Shown: in pieces, positions 28,468-39,155 of the stretch
Layout: every line of letters starts with the position of its first letter
Numbering within the stretch: the first letter of the stretch is position 1
Assembly (NCBI GenBank): GCA_036338285.1
Contig: JAYZCO010000090.1
Coordinates: forward strand, 79,234 to 143,233
Length of the DNA: 64,000 nt
DNA from: Pseudomonadota bacterium
Lineage (GTDB): Bacteria; Pseudomonadota; Gammaproteobacteria; Pseudomonadales; Azotimanducaceae
Direction: 5' to 3'
Position numbers and translations under genes: made by a program
Notes under the pieces: model-generated
Databases searched by the model: none
What the model was told of the DNA's origin: nothing
What the model saw: only the letters and a program-made list of their open reading frames with translations

Positions 28468-29620
28468 CGCCGCCACTCTGCTTGGGGATATAGAAGCACT
28501 TCTCGATGACGTCGAAACGGCCGCGGCAACCGCAGAGGCTGCACGCAAACCTGACGATGGCATTATGCAGAAACTCGCCGCAACGGGCGTCTTTACAGCC
28601 TATGTGCCAAAGCGATTCGGCGGTATGGAGCTGGACTATGAGACTTTTGTCCGTATCGGCATGCGCCTGGGTGAGGCCTGTACTTCGACTGCCTGGGTGA
28701 CCACGTTCTGTATGGAACATAACTGGTTGTTGGCCCACTTTCCGGAACGGGCGCAGCGGGAAATCTGGGAACACCAGCCCTACTTTCTCGCCCCAGGTTC
28801 TATCTCGCCTACCGGCACCGCTACGCTGGAAGGCGAGCAATACCTCCTCAACGGACGCTGGCAATGGGGAACAGGTGTGATGCATGCCGACTGGGTCATG
28901 CTCGCCGGACGCATTGAAGGCACAGATAAGCCCGATCTACGTATGTTTATGATCCCCAGGGATCAAGTCACCGTGGAAGACACATGGCAGGTGGCGGGTA
29001 TGGTTGCGACAGGATCCAACGACATCATTGCGGAGAACGTAATCATTCCCCAGCACATGAGTCAGTCCGTCGGACTCATGACCCTGGCCAACACCGAAGG
29101 CGCTGCTTGGCATGCATCTCCCACATTCCGGACACCCATGATCGCTTTTAAGTGCATTACCGCTGCCTGTCCTGCAGTGGGATGCGCACGCAAAGCCGTT
29201 AATCTCTTCAAAGAAACAATCCAGGCACGCGCACTGTGGGGCAGCGGCACAACCCAGCAAAACCAACCCGCCGCACAGATGCGTCTGGGTAATCTGACGA
29301 TAGCCATCGACGCGATTGAGCGAGAAATGCTCGCGATCGCCCGCGATCTCGAAGCGTTGGGTCATCGTGAAGCACTTTCGACAGGTGAGGAAAGGATCTC
29401 TCTCCGACTTCGCTGTGGACACATCGTGCGCCAGTGTCGAGATATCGTACGCGATGTAATGGAAGCAAGTGGTGCCAGCGCCCATCGCCTTGAACACCCA
29501 CTGCAGAGGCTGCACAGGGACATCCACACCCTATCCGGCCATACGGTATTCGATATCGATGTTGCCAGCGAACTGTACGGTCAGGTGCTGTTGGATCTCC
29601 CAACTTCGATGCCCATTTAA
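28460..29620 (+). CDS. Flavin-dependent monooxygenase oxygenase component (acyl-CoA dehydrogenase fold, HsaA/C2-HpaH-like)
   Basis: PKRFGG, STAWV, GRWQWGTG..HADW, DTWQVAGMVATGSND and PLQRLHRD..H. Confidence 0.85.
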   Translation: MPDAATLLGDIEALLDDVETAAATAEAARKPDDGIMQKLAATGVFTAYVPKRFGGMELDYETFVRIGMRLGEACTSTAWVTTFCMEHNWLLAHFPERAQREIWEHQPYFLAPGSISPTGTATLEGEQYLLNGRWQWGTGVMHADWVMLAGRIEGTDKPDLRMFMIPRDQVTVEDTWQVAGMVATGSNDIIAENVIIPQHMSQSVGLMTLANTEGAAWHASPTFRTPMIAFKCITAACPAVGCARKAVNLFKETIQARALWGSGTTQQNQPAAQMRLGNLTIAIDAIEREMLAIARDLEALGHREALSTGEERISLRLRCGHIVRQCRDIVRDVMEASGASAHRLEHPLQRLHRDIHTLSGHTVFDIDVASELYGQVLLDLPTSMPI

Positions 29621-29860
29621 AGTCTGGATGACAGACGGGCTCCCGCAAATGTCACCATGGCAACCCCTGTCCCACCATTTACAAACACAATTGAGGGTCG
29701 TCGCACCCTGGCCGCTAAACGGTTTTTGCAAAGCACGCTGCTTTAACATCTTAAGGATGCAAATCATAAGGCAGGCAGCGAACCGACTCTATGTAATTGA
29801 TTGTATTAACTTTATGGATATTGACCGACGCTCAAACTTACCGGCTAGTGGTCTATGCGG

Positions 29861-30193
29861 CTATTGACTCTCGACGATCATAAACTCAATCGCCTGTCTC
29901 AATTCTTCATCGGTACAACTCATACAGATACCTCGAGGAGGCATTGCCGGAGGGATACCCTCTATCGTTGTTTGCAACAACATCGATTTACCCCGTGCAA
30001 TTCGAGGAGCCCAGGCCTGGACATCTCCGAGCTTAGGCGCCCCATTCAACCCGGGTGTGTGGCACGAAAAGCAATACTCGCCATAAACCTTCTCCCCCGG
30101 GCCTACTGAAGTTTTTGTTTGCACCTGAGGTTGAGAAGACTCCGTGCACGCCACCAGCGCGAAAAAGCTTGTCAATATATACAGATATCGCAA
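29861..30193 (-). CDS. Cytochrome c5-like lipoprotein
   Basis: CFSCH heme motif, GAPKLGD..AWAPR and AMPPRGICMSC. TTG at 30193 follows GAGG and gives an LVAC lipobox. Confidence 0.87.
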   Translation of the reverse strand: MRYLYILTSFFALVACTESSQPQVQTKTSVGPGEKVYGEYCFSCHTPGLNGAPKLGDVQAWAPRIARGKSMLLQTTIEGIPPAMPPRGICMSCTDEELRQAIEFMIVESQ

Positions 30194-30197
30194 CTGC

Positions 30198-30980
30198 CTA
30201 GTCCTCGCCTGTATCAACCGAAAACCGGTCCGCATCTCGCCACACAGGGAACGATTCTCTTAGTCGCGTTAACTGACCGGGGTCAAAGGTGATCAGTTCG
30301 ATGCCTGCTTTATCGAAACGCTCGACAAGGGTTTCGCCATCAGGCCCATACGCAGACGTGCCTCCCGTATAGGACACACCGTTACCGTCCGTCCCTACGA
30401 TGTTCACCCCCGCCGAGTACACCTGATTTTCTATCGCCCGCGCCCGTAACAGTGTGAGCCAGGCATCGCGTCGCGATCCCGGCCAATTCGCCACACACAC
30501 CAAAGCGTCGTAGTCATTGGTGTTGCGGAACCAGACCGGGAATCTTAGGTCATAACAAACCAACGGACATATTCGCCAATCTCCAACCTGAAAGACCGAT
30601 CTCACCTTTCCCATTGTATAATGCTCATGCTCACCACTCATGCGGAACAGGTGGCGCTTATCGTAGTAGCCTAGATCTTCACCATTAGTCCATATGAAAC
30701 GGTTGTAGATGTGGCCGTTGTCGTTGATCACGACAGAACCACACACAGTCACATCGCCAGCTTGAGCAATACGTCGCAGCCACGAGACGGTCGCCCCGTC
30801 CATCTTCTCTGCGACCACCGCGCCTGCCATCGTAAATCCGGTGCTGAACATTTCTGGTAGTACCACCAGATCTGATCGATCCGCCACCGACTCGATGAGT
30901 GGCGCAAACAACGCCCGGTTGCTGACCGGATCATGCCAGTGCGTCTGCACCTGAAGCAGAGCCAATCTCAAAGGCTGCAT
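30198..30980 (-). CDS. yafV: Omega-amidase, carbon-nitrogen hydrolase family
   Basis: LPEMFSTGF, YDKRHLF, CYDLRFPVW and ARAIENQ (E-K-C triad). Confidence 0.88.
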   Translation of the reverse strand: MQPLRLALLQVQTHWHDPVSNRALFAPLIESVADRSDLVVLPEMFSTGFTMAGAVVAEKMDGATVSWLRRIAQAGDVTVCGSVVINDNGHIYNRFIWTNGEDLGYYDKRHLFRMSGEHEHYTMGKVRSVFQVGDWRICPLVCYDLRFPVWFRNTNDYDALVCVANWPGSRRDAWLTLLRARAIENQVYSAGVNIVGTDGNGVSYTGGTSAYGPDGETLVERFDKAGIELITFDPGQLTRLRESFPVWRDADRFSVDTGED

Positions 30981-32125
30981 AATATATCCGCAGCCCGCGC
31001 GAGCGTGGCATCGTCCTTGGCAAAACAAAACCTCAGAACTTGAGATCGACCCGGATCGGGCGCCTGGTAGAAAACAGAGACCGGAATCGAAGCCACGCCG
31101 ATTTCACGTGTCCACCTTTTGGCGAGATCTGCATCGGGTTCTTGCGATATGGCCTCATAGTTCAAAAGTTGAAAAAAAGTACCGCTGCTTGGCTCGAAGG
31201 TGAAGCGTGAAGCCTCCAGAAGCGACAGAAAATAATCTCGTTTGGCTTGATAAAACCCGGGGAGATTCAAATGATGTTCCGCATGCGCTTCAAGAAAATC
31301 TGCCAAGCCGAGCTGCACGGGTGTATTGACGGTGAAGGTGACAAACTGATGAATTCGGCGAAATTCTTCCGATAAAGCTGCGGGCGCCACGCAATAACCA
31401 ACCTTCCAGCCTGTCACGTGATACGTTTTACCGAAGGATGAGACAGCAAAGCTGCGTGCAAAGAGGTCTGGGAAACGACACACACTTTGATGTGCCTCGC
31501 CATCAAATATAATGTGCTCATAAACCTCATCAGCCAGCACGAAAAAGCCGTACTGCACGGCTAATTTCTCCAGCGTTTTCAAGTCGTCTTCGAGCCAGAT
31601 CGATCCCGTGGGATTGTGAGGCGTATTGATAATGATAAGACGGGTCTTTGCAGTGATCGCTTCCTGCACACGTTGCCAATCGGGTCGATATGACGGTGCC
31701 TCAAGCGGCACGTGTATAGCTTGAGCACCTTGCAAACGTATGACGGGGTCGTAACTGTCGTATGCCGGATCGAAAACGATGACCTCGTCACCAGCAGACA
31801 CGACCGCAGCAATGGCACAAAAAAGAGCTTCTGTTGCGCCTGCCGTCACCGTGATTTCAGTCTCTGGATCCACAGAACATCCGTACAAAGCCCTTACCTT
31901 CGCACCAATCCCATGGCGCAAAGACTGCACACCCTGCATCGGCGGATACTGATTAAAGCCATTGTTGAAGTAATACTGCACCCGTTCAAGGAGAAAGGAC
32001 GGTCCGTCAAAATCCGGGAATCCCTGCGAAAGGTTGATCGCATCGTGTTCTTGCGCCAGCGCACTCATCACCGTGAAGATTGTTGTCTGCACATCAGGCA
32101 GTTTGCTTTTAACGGATACGTCCAA
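30968..32125 (-). CDS. ybdL: Methionine aminotransferase (class I PLP)
   Basis: SKLPDVQTTIFTVMS, INLSQGFPDF, NTPHNPTG and SFGKTYHVTGWK. Start uncertain (32125 or 32164). Confidence 0.88.
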   Translation of the reverse strand: MDVSVKSKLPDVQTTIFTVMSALAQEHDAINLSQGFPDFDGPSFLLERVQYYFNNGFNQYPPMQGVQSLRHGIGAKVRALYGCSVDPETEITVTAGATEALFCAIAAVVSAGDEVIVFDPAYDSYDPVIRLQGAQAIHVPLEAPSYRPDWQRVQEAITAKTRLIIINTPHNPTGSIWLEDDLKTLEKLAVQYGFFVLADEVYEHIIFDGEAHQSVCRFPDLFARSFAVSSFGKTYHVTGWKVGYCVAPAALSEEFRRIHQFVTFTVNTPVQLGLADFLEAHAEHHLNLPGFYQAKRDYFLSLLEASRFTFEPSSGTFFQLLNYEAISQEPDADLAKRWTREIGVASIPVSVFYQAPDPGRSQVLRFCFAKDDATLARAADILCSL

Positions 32126-32180
32126 CTCAGTCAGCCTCGATTCACCAGCAGCGCATACTCTCACAGTGCGAGCGCAAGCT

Positions 32181-32204
32181 TAATATCAAAATATTTTGAT
32201 ATTA
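32181..32204. promoter_or_regulatory. SahR-type operator
   Basis: Perfect 24-bp palindrome TAATATCAAAATATTTTGATATTA containing ATCAA-N6-TTGAT, between divergent ybdL and sahR. Confidence 0.8.
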
Positions 32205-32219
32205 TGATACAGTACAGAT

Positions 32220-33191
32220 ATGCAACGCGAAAACAGCCAAGCAGTGTCTAATCACGGGACCGAAGACCTGTCTGACATCGTCCGGATTACAAAAGCGACC
32301 GGGGATGCTTTGCGCGCCAGCATCCTGCACACACTCGCCGATGATGCCTACGGCGTACTCGAACTTGGTGAAGTGTTCACGATGGCGCAACCCGCTATCT
32401 CTCACCACCTCAAAGTTCTGCTCGATGCGGGCTTGGTCACTCGGCGCAAGGAAGGCACCTGCGTCTTTTATCAACGCATTTCCCGTCCTGGTTGTGCGCT
32501 GATTCAGGCAATCTATGAGGAGCTTGACCACAGGGCCCCCGACCCGGACATCGAAGACAACCTGCTGCGCATACATGAAAGAAGAAACCAACAATCTCGC
32601 GAATTCTTTGCCTCTCACGCCGATGCACTGGCGCAACAACGCGAACTCATCTGTGCTCCGGACGTTTATCACGACACGGTCACCGACTTTGTCCTGCACA
32701 CGCACCCTCTGCGTCGCAAACGCGCACTAGAGGTCGGTCCAGGAAGCGGCACAATGCTCCTTACCCTTGCTGAACACTTTGATCAGGTGATCGGTATAGA
32801 CAGTTCCCCGGAAATTCTGCGCGAAACCGCCGAGCAGATTTCCAAGCCAAACATTCGGCTCATCGAGCAGGATTTTTTATCGCTTACCCAACGCAAAAAA
32901 CTAGACTTCATTTTAGCTGCCATGGTCGTCCATCATTTCGCGAGCCCTGTGCAGTTTTTTCGACAGGCAAGCAACCTTCTACAAACAAGCGGACTCCTCG
33001 TAATCGCAGAACTGTGTACGCACAATCAGGAGTGGGTCAAAGATGCATGCGGGGATCTGTGGCTCGGATTTAGCACCGAAGAACTACACACCTGGGCAGG
33101 GCGGGCGGGACTCACCATACTTGAGCAACAACATCTTGCACAGCGCAATGGCTTCGGCGTGCAGGTCATGAGTTTTACTTCAAATAACTAA
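32220..33191 (+). CDS. sahR: ArsR-HTH plus SAM-methyltransferase-like regulator
   Basis: [17 protein letters not shown] ArsR HTH and [11 protein letters not shown] motif; directly upstream of ahcY. Confidence 0.85.
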   Translation: MQRENSQAVSNHGTEDLSDIVRITKATGDALRASILHTLADDAYGVLELGEVFTMAQPAISHHLKVLLDAGLVTRRKEGTCVFYQRISRPGCALIQAIYEELDHRAPDPDIEDNLLRIHERRNQQSREFFASHADALAQQRELICAPDVYHDTVTDFVLHTHPLRRKRALEVGPGSGTMLLTLAEHFDQVIGIDSSPEILRETAEQISKPNIRLIEQDFLSLTQRKKLDFILAAMVVHHFASPVQFFRQASNLLQTSGLLVIAELCTHNQEWVKDACGDLWLGFSTEELHTWAGRAGLTILEQQHLAQRNGFGVQVMSFTSNN

Positions 33192-33213
33192 GCACAACAC
33201 AATAGGAAAGAGC

Positions 33214-34575
33214 ATGGCGGATTACAAAGTGGCGGATATTGGCCTGGCAGAATTTGGCCGCAAAGAAATCAACCTCGCTGAGGCGGAGATGCCAGCACTC
33301 ATGGCATTGCGGCGTAAGTATGCGGCGGAACAACCACTCAAAGGCGCACGCATCATCGGCTGTATACATATGACAGTACAAACAGCTGTCCTCATCGAAA
33401 CATTAATCGCCCTCGGTGCAGAGGTCCGATGGTCTTCGTGCAATATCTTCTCAACCCAGGATCACGCCGCTGCAGCCATGGCAGCTGTCGATGTGCCAGT
33501 GTTTGCCTGGAAGGGAGAGACTGAAGATGAGTATTGGTGGTGCATTGAACAAACGATCCTCAAGAGTGGCCAACCGTGGGACGCCAATCTTCTGCTTGAT
33601 GACGGCGGTGACCTGACAGAGCTCCTCCACGACAAGTACCCAGCGATACTCGACAACGTGCATGGTATATCCGAGGAGACAACAACCGGTGTACACCGAC
33701 TGTACGACATGCTGAGGACCAATACGCTTAAGGTGCCGGCCATCAACGTTAATGACTCAGTAACAAAATCCAAGAACGACAATCGTTATGGGTGCAGACA
33801 CAGCCTCAACGACGCGATTAAGCGTGGTACCGACATGCTGATGGCCGGCAAGCGTGCACTCGTGATCGGTTATGGCGATGTCGGCAAGGGCTCTGCCCAG
33901 AGCCTGCGCCAGGAAGGGATGATCGTACGTGTCGCAGAAGTCGACCCGATCTGCGCCATGCAGGCCTGTATGGATGGTTTTGAAGTCGTCTCACCCTATA
34001 CAGGCGGTGCAAACACCGGACATGTCACCGACATCAATAGCCACCTCATGAGCGATACCGACCTTATCGTGACATGTACAGGCAACACCCATGTGTGCGA
34101 CTCGGCCATGCTCTCAAGTGTGAAATCCGGTGCAGTCGTCTGCAATATCGGCCACTTCGACAATGAGATCGATACAGCCTTCATGCGCGAGAACTGGCGC
34201 TGGGACAAGGTGAAGGATCAGGTACATCAAGTGTTTCGTTCTGATAAACATGGCGACTACCTTATCCTGCTTTCCGAAGGCCGCCTGGTAAATCTCGGTA
34301 ATGCAATGGGCCATCCCTCGCGTGTCATGGACGGATCATTCGCCAATCAGGTACTCGCACAGATGCACCTATACGAGCAGGCTTGGGCTCGCCAGCCGGA
34401 CAATCAACGCTCGCCTATCACCGTGGAAGTACTGCCCAAAAAACTCGACGAAGAAGTCGCCCAGCTCATGGTGGAAGGCTTTGGTGGCGTTGTCACCCGC
34501 CTCACCAATAATCAGGCCGATTACATCGGCGTGGACCAAGAGGGCCCTTTCAAGCCTGAATCTTATAAATACTGA
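33214..34575 (+). CDS. ahcY: Adenosylhomocysteinase
   Basis: [34 protein letters not shown] and GRLVNLG. Confidence 0.98.
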   Translation: MADYKVADIGLAEFGRKEINLAEAEMPALMALRRKYAAEQPLKGARIIGCIHMTVQTAVLIETLIALGAEVRWSSCNIFSTQDHAAAAMAAVDVPVFAWKGETEDEYWWCIEQTILKSGQPWDANLLLDDGGDLTELLHDKYPAILDNVHGISEETTTGVHRLYDMLRTNTLKVPAINVNDSVTKSKNDNRYGCRHSLNDAIKRGTDMLMAGKRALVIGYGDVGKGSAQSLRQEGMIVRVAEVDPICAMQACMDGFEVVSPYTGGANTGHVTDINSHLMSDTDLIVTCTGNTHVCDSAMLSSVKSGAVVCNIGHFDNEIDTAFMRENWRWDKVKDQVHQVFRSDKHGDYLILLSEGRLVNLGNAMGHPSRVMDGSFANQVLAQMHLYEQAWARQPDNQRSPITVEVLPKKLDEEVAQLMVEGFGGVVTRLTNNQADYIGVDQEGPFKPESYKY

Positions 34576-34831
34576 GCGCCAGGCAATCATGACAAAAGAT
34601 GATCGAGCGTCTGCATCTCAGACAAGGCGAGCAGAACCGACACGGCACAAACACCCGTCGAAGCCTGGTTGTTCGCGTAAAATCATTTTGCGACCGCATC
34701 AGGCCAATAAGCCCGGAAGGCACCGCTCAAACAGAGCCCAGATATAGCTCGCTATACAAAAGTTAGCATGACTGGGATAATAGACGGCTTTGTGTGTGCC
34801 GTTTAGCACGAACTTCATTTCCGGGGAATCC

Positions 34832-35770
34832 ATGGCTGATATAGAAACGATTGCTGCGTCAGTGGCATCGCTACAATCAAATCTCGAGAAGCAGCGATAT
34901 ATTTGCAGCGAACAAATCGCAACTGCGGTCTATCTGGCCTATCACTTGCGCAAGCCCGTCCTGATCGAAGGCCCCCCGGGGGTTGGCAAGACCGAGCTCG
35001 CCAAAACCACGTCAGAAATATTTGAGCTCCCGCTCATTCGTCTGCAATGCTACGAGGGCCTGGATGAAGCGAAAGCGATATACGAGTGGAAGTATGGCAA
35101 GCAACTGTTGTACACGCAGGTTCTGAAAGAAGCCCTCGACGAAGTACTGTCTGGCGCTAAAGGCTTCACCCAGTCCGTGCAACGCCTGCATCAATTTGGC
35201 GACATCTTCTTCTCTGAGGAATTCCTTGAACCTCGCCCACTCCTGAAGGCACTCCGAGAAGACGACGGATGCGTGCTCTTAATTGACGAAATTGACAAAG
35301 CCGATCATGAATTTGAGTCACTGTTGCTCGAAATCCTTTCTGATTACCAGGTTTCGATTCCTGAAATCGGCACCATAAAAGCCAGCACTGAACCACCCAT
35401 GGTTTTTCTGACATCGAACAACACACGGGAAATATCGGACGCACTCAAGCGTCGTTGTCTGCACCTGTACATTCCATTTCCCGATGTGGCGTTGGAACAG
35501 AAAATTATTCACGCGCGTGTACCGGAGGTGCCACCGGAGTTACAACGCCAACTGGTGGCCTTCATCCATGAACTACGAAACCTCGATTTGAAGAAGGTTC
35601 CGGCGATCTCCGAGACAATCGACTGGGCGCGTACTTTGCTCCTGCTGCATACCGAAGCCCTGGATCCGGACCTGGTCCGCAGTACACTCAACGTCATCTT
35701 AAAGTTCCAGGAAGACATAGAAAACGTCGAGTCTGAGATCAACTCCATCACAGCGAAAATACGTAAGTAA
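34832..35770 (+). CDS. MoxR-family AAA+ ATPase (CoxD-like)
   Basis: EGPPGVGKTE, RLQCYEGLD, LLIDEIDK and SDALKRRC. Confidence 0.9.
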   Translation: MADIETIAASVASLQSNLEKQRYICSEQIATAVYLAYHLRKPVLIEGPPGVGKTELAKTTSEIFELPLIRLQCYEGLDEAKAIYEWKYGKQLLYTQVLKEALDEVLSGAKGFTQSVQRLHQFGDIFFSEEFLEPRPLLKALREDDGCVLLIDEIDKADHEFESLLLEILSDYQVSIPEIGTIKASTEPPMVFLTSNNTREISDALKRRCLHLYIPFPDVALEQKIIHARVPEVPPELQRQLVAFIHELRNLDLKKVPAISETIDWARTLLLLHTEALDPDLVRSTLNVILKFQEDIENVESEINSITAKIRK

Positions 35771-35783
35771 CCTCAAGGCGCCT

Positions 35784-37289
35784 ATGGAACGCACCCTCAC
35801 CAACTTTATACGTTCACTGCGTACGGCCGAGGTTCGTGTTTCGACAGCAGAAACCCTCGATGCGATCAATACGGTCGAACTGGTGGGATACGAAAATCGG
35901 GAATTCCTCAAGCACTCTCTTTCTCTCGTGCTGCCCAAAACGGCTGATGAGAAGGAAACATTTAATGCCTGCTTCGACCAGTTTTTCGCATACAACGATG
36001 TACGCGGAGAACGTGGCGAATCCGCAGACGACCACGAGGGTGAGGGCGGGGAAGAAGCAGACGAAAATACAGGCGAGGGAGAAGGCGAAGGCGGCGGCAC
36101 AGGCGGCGAACGCCAACCGGGCCAACCCGCATCAGGCAAGAAGAAGTCTAAATCCAAACCCAACAACAACCTCTACGAAGAAGAGGAGGAAGAGGATCTG
36201 GGCCCTGGAGAAATGGCAGAGGCGCAATCGGCGCTTGGCAAACTTCTCATGGCTGATTCCCGCGTCGATCTCGGCATGGAGATGGCAGCAGCGGGCGAGG
36301 CAGCGAATGTGCGCGAGATACAGATATTTACCCAAAAAGGGCTCTACACCCGACGCATCATGGATGCGATGGGTCTGGCCGATCTCAATCGTGAAATTAC
36401 CAATCTGAAAGAAATGGAGTTTGTGCCATCAAGACGTTTGGGTCAGGAACTCAAACGCCGTAGAGATTTCTTACGCGAACAGGTACGAGACTACGTTGAA
36501 CGCCAGTTCCTTCTAAATGCAGACGTGTCTGGCAAAAAACTACGCGAGGAGCTTCTGCGTAAGGTCAAACTGTCCAACGTTGAACATCGAAATTTCCGTC
36601 TCATACAGGAAATGGTCTACAAGATGGCTAAACGCCTGACCACCCTGCACTCCCGCCGCAAGAAAGTTTTTAAAAAAGGGCAGCTGAACGTGCCACGGAC
36701 CCTGCGCCATAACATGTCCTACGATGGCGCCATCTTCGATCTGCGATGGAAGTCCGTGAAGATCGATCGTCCGAAGGTGTTCGCCGTCTGCGACGTGTCC
36801 GGATCTGTGGCAGCCTATGCACGTTTTATGCTCATGTTTCTCTACAGCCTCGATGAAGTGATGCCCAAGGTAAGAAGCTTTGCCTTCTCTTCCGACCTGG
36901 CTGAAGTGACAGAGCTGTTTATGCGCAATCACATCGAGGATGCGATCGCTAAAGTACTCAGAGATTTCAGCGGTGGTTCCACTGATTACGGTCAAGCTTT
37001 CATCGATTTTAAACGTCACTGTCTTGATGATGTCGACAACCGCACAACCATCATCATCCTCGGAGATGCACGCAACAACTACGGTGATGCACATGCTGAG
37101 ATTCTTAAAGAAATGTACGATCGCAGTAAACGTGTCATTTGGCTAAACCCGGAATCCAGGCTGTCGTGGAATACAGGCGACTCGGAAATGCGTAAATACC
37201 AGGCCTACTCCCACCAGGTTGAAGAGTGCAACTCTCTGATGCACCTCGAACGAGTAGTCGGTAACCTCTTAAAGCAGGTCAGCCACTAA
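35784..37289 (+). CDS. VWA-domain protein (CoxE-like)
   Basis: MIDAS CDVSGS, GGSTDYG, ILGDARNN and IWLNPE; acidic Gly-rich linker. Confidence 0.88.
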   Translation: MERTLTNFIRSLRTAEVRVSTAETLDAINTVELVGYENREFLKHSLSLVLPKTADEKETFNACFDQFFAYNDVRGERGESADDHEGEGGEEADENTGEGEGEGGGTGGERQPGQPASGKKKSKSKPNNNLYEEEEEEDLGPGEMAEAQSALGKLLMADSRVDLGMEMAAAGEAANVREIQIFTQKGLYTRRIMDAMGLADLNREITNLKEMEFVPSRRLGQELKRRRDFLREQVRDYVERQFLLNADVSGKKLREELLRKVKLSNVEHRNFRLIQEMVYKMAKRLTTLHSRRKKVFKKGQLNVPRTLRHNMSYDGAIFDLRWKSVKIDRPKVFAVCDVSGSVAAYARFMLMFLYSLDEVMPKVRSFAFSSDLAEVTELFMRNHIEDAIAKVLRDFSGGSTDYGQAFIDFKRHCLDDVDNRTTIIILGDARNNYGDAHAEILKEMYDRSKRVIWLNPESRLSWNTGDSEMRKYQAYSHQVEECNSLMHLERVVGNLLKQVSH

Positions 37290-37378
37290 AGTTCTCTTGA
37301 CAAGATTGCAATGTCGTACTTGCAATGCACGCCTGCGCCAATTCAGCGGTATAATTGCGCCTGATTCAATCGGACCTG

Positions 37379-39094
37379 ATGATGGCCGAATCTCCATTGA
37401 CAGACAGCGAAGAAGGATTTGCTAAATCAGCAGGCAAACAACTACTGATATTTGCCGTCGTTGCTCTTTTCGGGATCACGCTTTTGATGATGGTTCTGCA
37501 GAGTCTCGCCAGTCTCGTTGGCTCAAGTACCGAATCCGCTCAAGCCATAAATCACAGCAACAGCTCAATTACCATCGCAATTCGGGAAGAACCACCCCAG
37601 CTAAACACTACTGTCGCCACCGATGTCAGCTCGGGCATGATCATCGGCCATGTCATGGAGGGTTTACTACGAATGGGCGACAACGACCAGCTGGAGCCAG
37701 CGGTGGCCCATACCTGGAAAGTCACTGATACCCATGCACACTTCTGGCTACGAGAAAATGCAAAATGGAGTGACGGAAAACCGATCACTGCACACGACTT
37801 CATTTTCGGCTGGCAAACCGCACTCTCTCCTGAGGTGGCTTCTGAATATGCCTTTCTACTATTTCACATCAAAAACGGTCGCGCGATTAACGAAGGTAAG
37901 CTGCCTCCAAGTGCATTGGCTGTACGGGCACCCAATGATTTCGAGCTCATCGTCGAACTCGAACGCCCCGTGGCTTTTTTTGACAAAATGGTGACATTCC
38001 CGACTTATATGCCCGTAGCCGAAGAATTTTTTAAAGCAACGGCGGGTAAATTCGGTTCCGATTCGTGGGAACTTCTCTATAGCGGCCCTTACGTTATTAG
38101 CCACTGGGTCCACGGCTCGAGTCTTTTGTTAGAGAAAAACCCTCACTACTGGGACAAAGACCGGATCCGGCTGGAAAAAATCAACATCGCCTACATCACA
38201 AGCGATGCCACGGCCACACTCAATTTTTTTAAAGATGGCAAGATTGCCTACACCAGCCTCCTTGCCGAAAACCTCGACAGTGCGCTGGAGGAACGGTGGC
38301 ACATAAAACAACACCAGGATGGCGCTGTGTTCTTTCTCGAGTTCAACCATCGCGACACGCATATCACCCGGAACTACAACCTTCGCCGTGCCATGCAGCT
38401 GGTACTCAATATGGAAGAGCTGGTCTACAAGGTCACCAAAATGCCAGGCTACTCCCCCGGCGAATCCCTGTTCCCTAAATTTCTCATGGGGGTTCACGAC
38501 AACTTCCGCAAGGAATATCCCGCGCCAAAGCTAACACTTGATCGCGACCAGGCGCGCAAACACTTACAACGTGCGAAACTGGAGCTTCAACTCGAAGAAA
38601 TCCCCCCAATCATGATGCTGACTGGAGATAATCCTATCTCCAACATCCAGAGCGAATGGGTGCAGGCATCCCTTAAACGCCATCTCGGGCTCGATGTGAA
38701 GATCGACAAACAGATTTTCAAGCAACGGCTGGCCAAGATGACAGCAGGAGAATTCGACCTGGTTCTGGCTGGCTGGGGGCCGGATTACGATGATCCACTG
38801 ACTTTCGGTGACTTGTTCGCCTCATGGAATCTGAACAATCGTGGACGCTACGCGAGCCCTGTAATGGATGACCTGATCGATCAGGTGCAGAACTCGGTCG
38901 ACCCGGTCATACGCATGGCGATCTTTAATAAGATCCAGCGTTTGATATTTGACGATGTCGTCATCCTGCCGATGTATGAACGCGGCGTCACCTATGTTGT
39001 AAATCCGGATCTCAAAGGCATGAAACGCCGGGTGATCGGACCAGACGTCGACTTCACAAATGCCTACATCGTGCAAACTGGGGCTGGCAGGTAG
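37379..39094 (+). CDS. oppA: Oligopeptide ABC transporter substrate-binding protein
   Basis: AKWSDGKPITAHDF, YSGPY, KNPHYWD and GWGPDYDDP; N-terminal TM anchor. Confidence 0.9.
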   Translation: MMAESPLTDSEEGFAKSAGKQLLIFAVVALFGITLLMMVLQSLASLVGSSTESAQAINHSNSSITIAIREEPPQLNTTVATDVSSGMIIGHVMEGLLRMGDNDQLEPAVAHTWKVTDTHAHFWLRENAKWSDGKPITAHDFIFGWQTALSPEVASEYAFLLFHIKNGRAINEGKLPPSALAVRAPNDFELIVELERPVAFFDKMVTFPTYMPVAEEFFKATAGKFGSDSWELLYSGPYVISHWVHGSSLLLEKNPHYWDKDRIRLEKINIAYITSDATATLNFFKDGKIAYTSLLAENLDSALEERWHIKQHQDGAVFFLEFNHRDTHITRNYNLRRAMQLVLNMEELVYKVTKMPGYSPGESLFPKFLMGVHDNFRKEYPAPKLTLDRDQARKHLQRAKLELQLEEIPPIMMLTGDNPISNIQSEWVQASLKRHLGLDVKIDKQIFKQRLAKMTAGEFDLVLAGWGPDYDDPLTFGDLFASWNLNNRGRYASPVMDDLIDQVQNSVDPVIRMAIFNKIQRLIFDDVVILPMYERGVTYVVNPDLKGMKRRVIGPDVDFTNAYIVQTGAGR

Positions 39095-39155
39095 TCGTGT
39101 TGTCATTCGTGCTTCTGACCCACGCAACAACAGTCAAGCAAACATAAGAAAAGGC

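Noticed and set aside
34589-34747. 52-codon ORF after ahcY
   Set aside because: Arg/Pro/Ser-rich composition typical of non-coding frames, and no recognisable motif.
25078-37313. Shared 12-mer AAGATTGCAATG in two intergenic regions (near 25078 and 37302)
   Set aside because: One shared 12-mer is compatible with chance, and the first copy lies between convergent genes.
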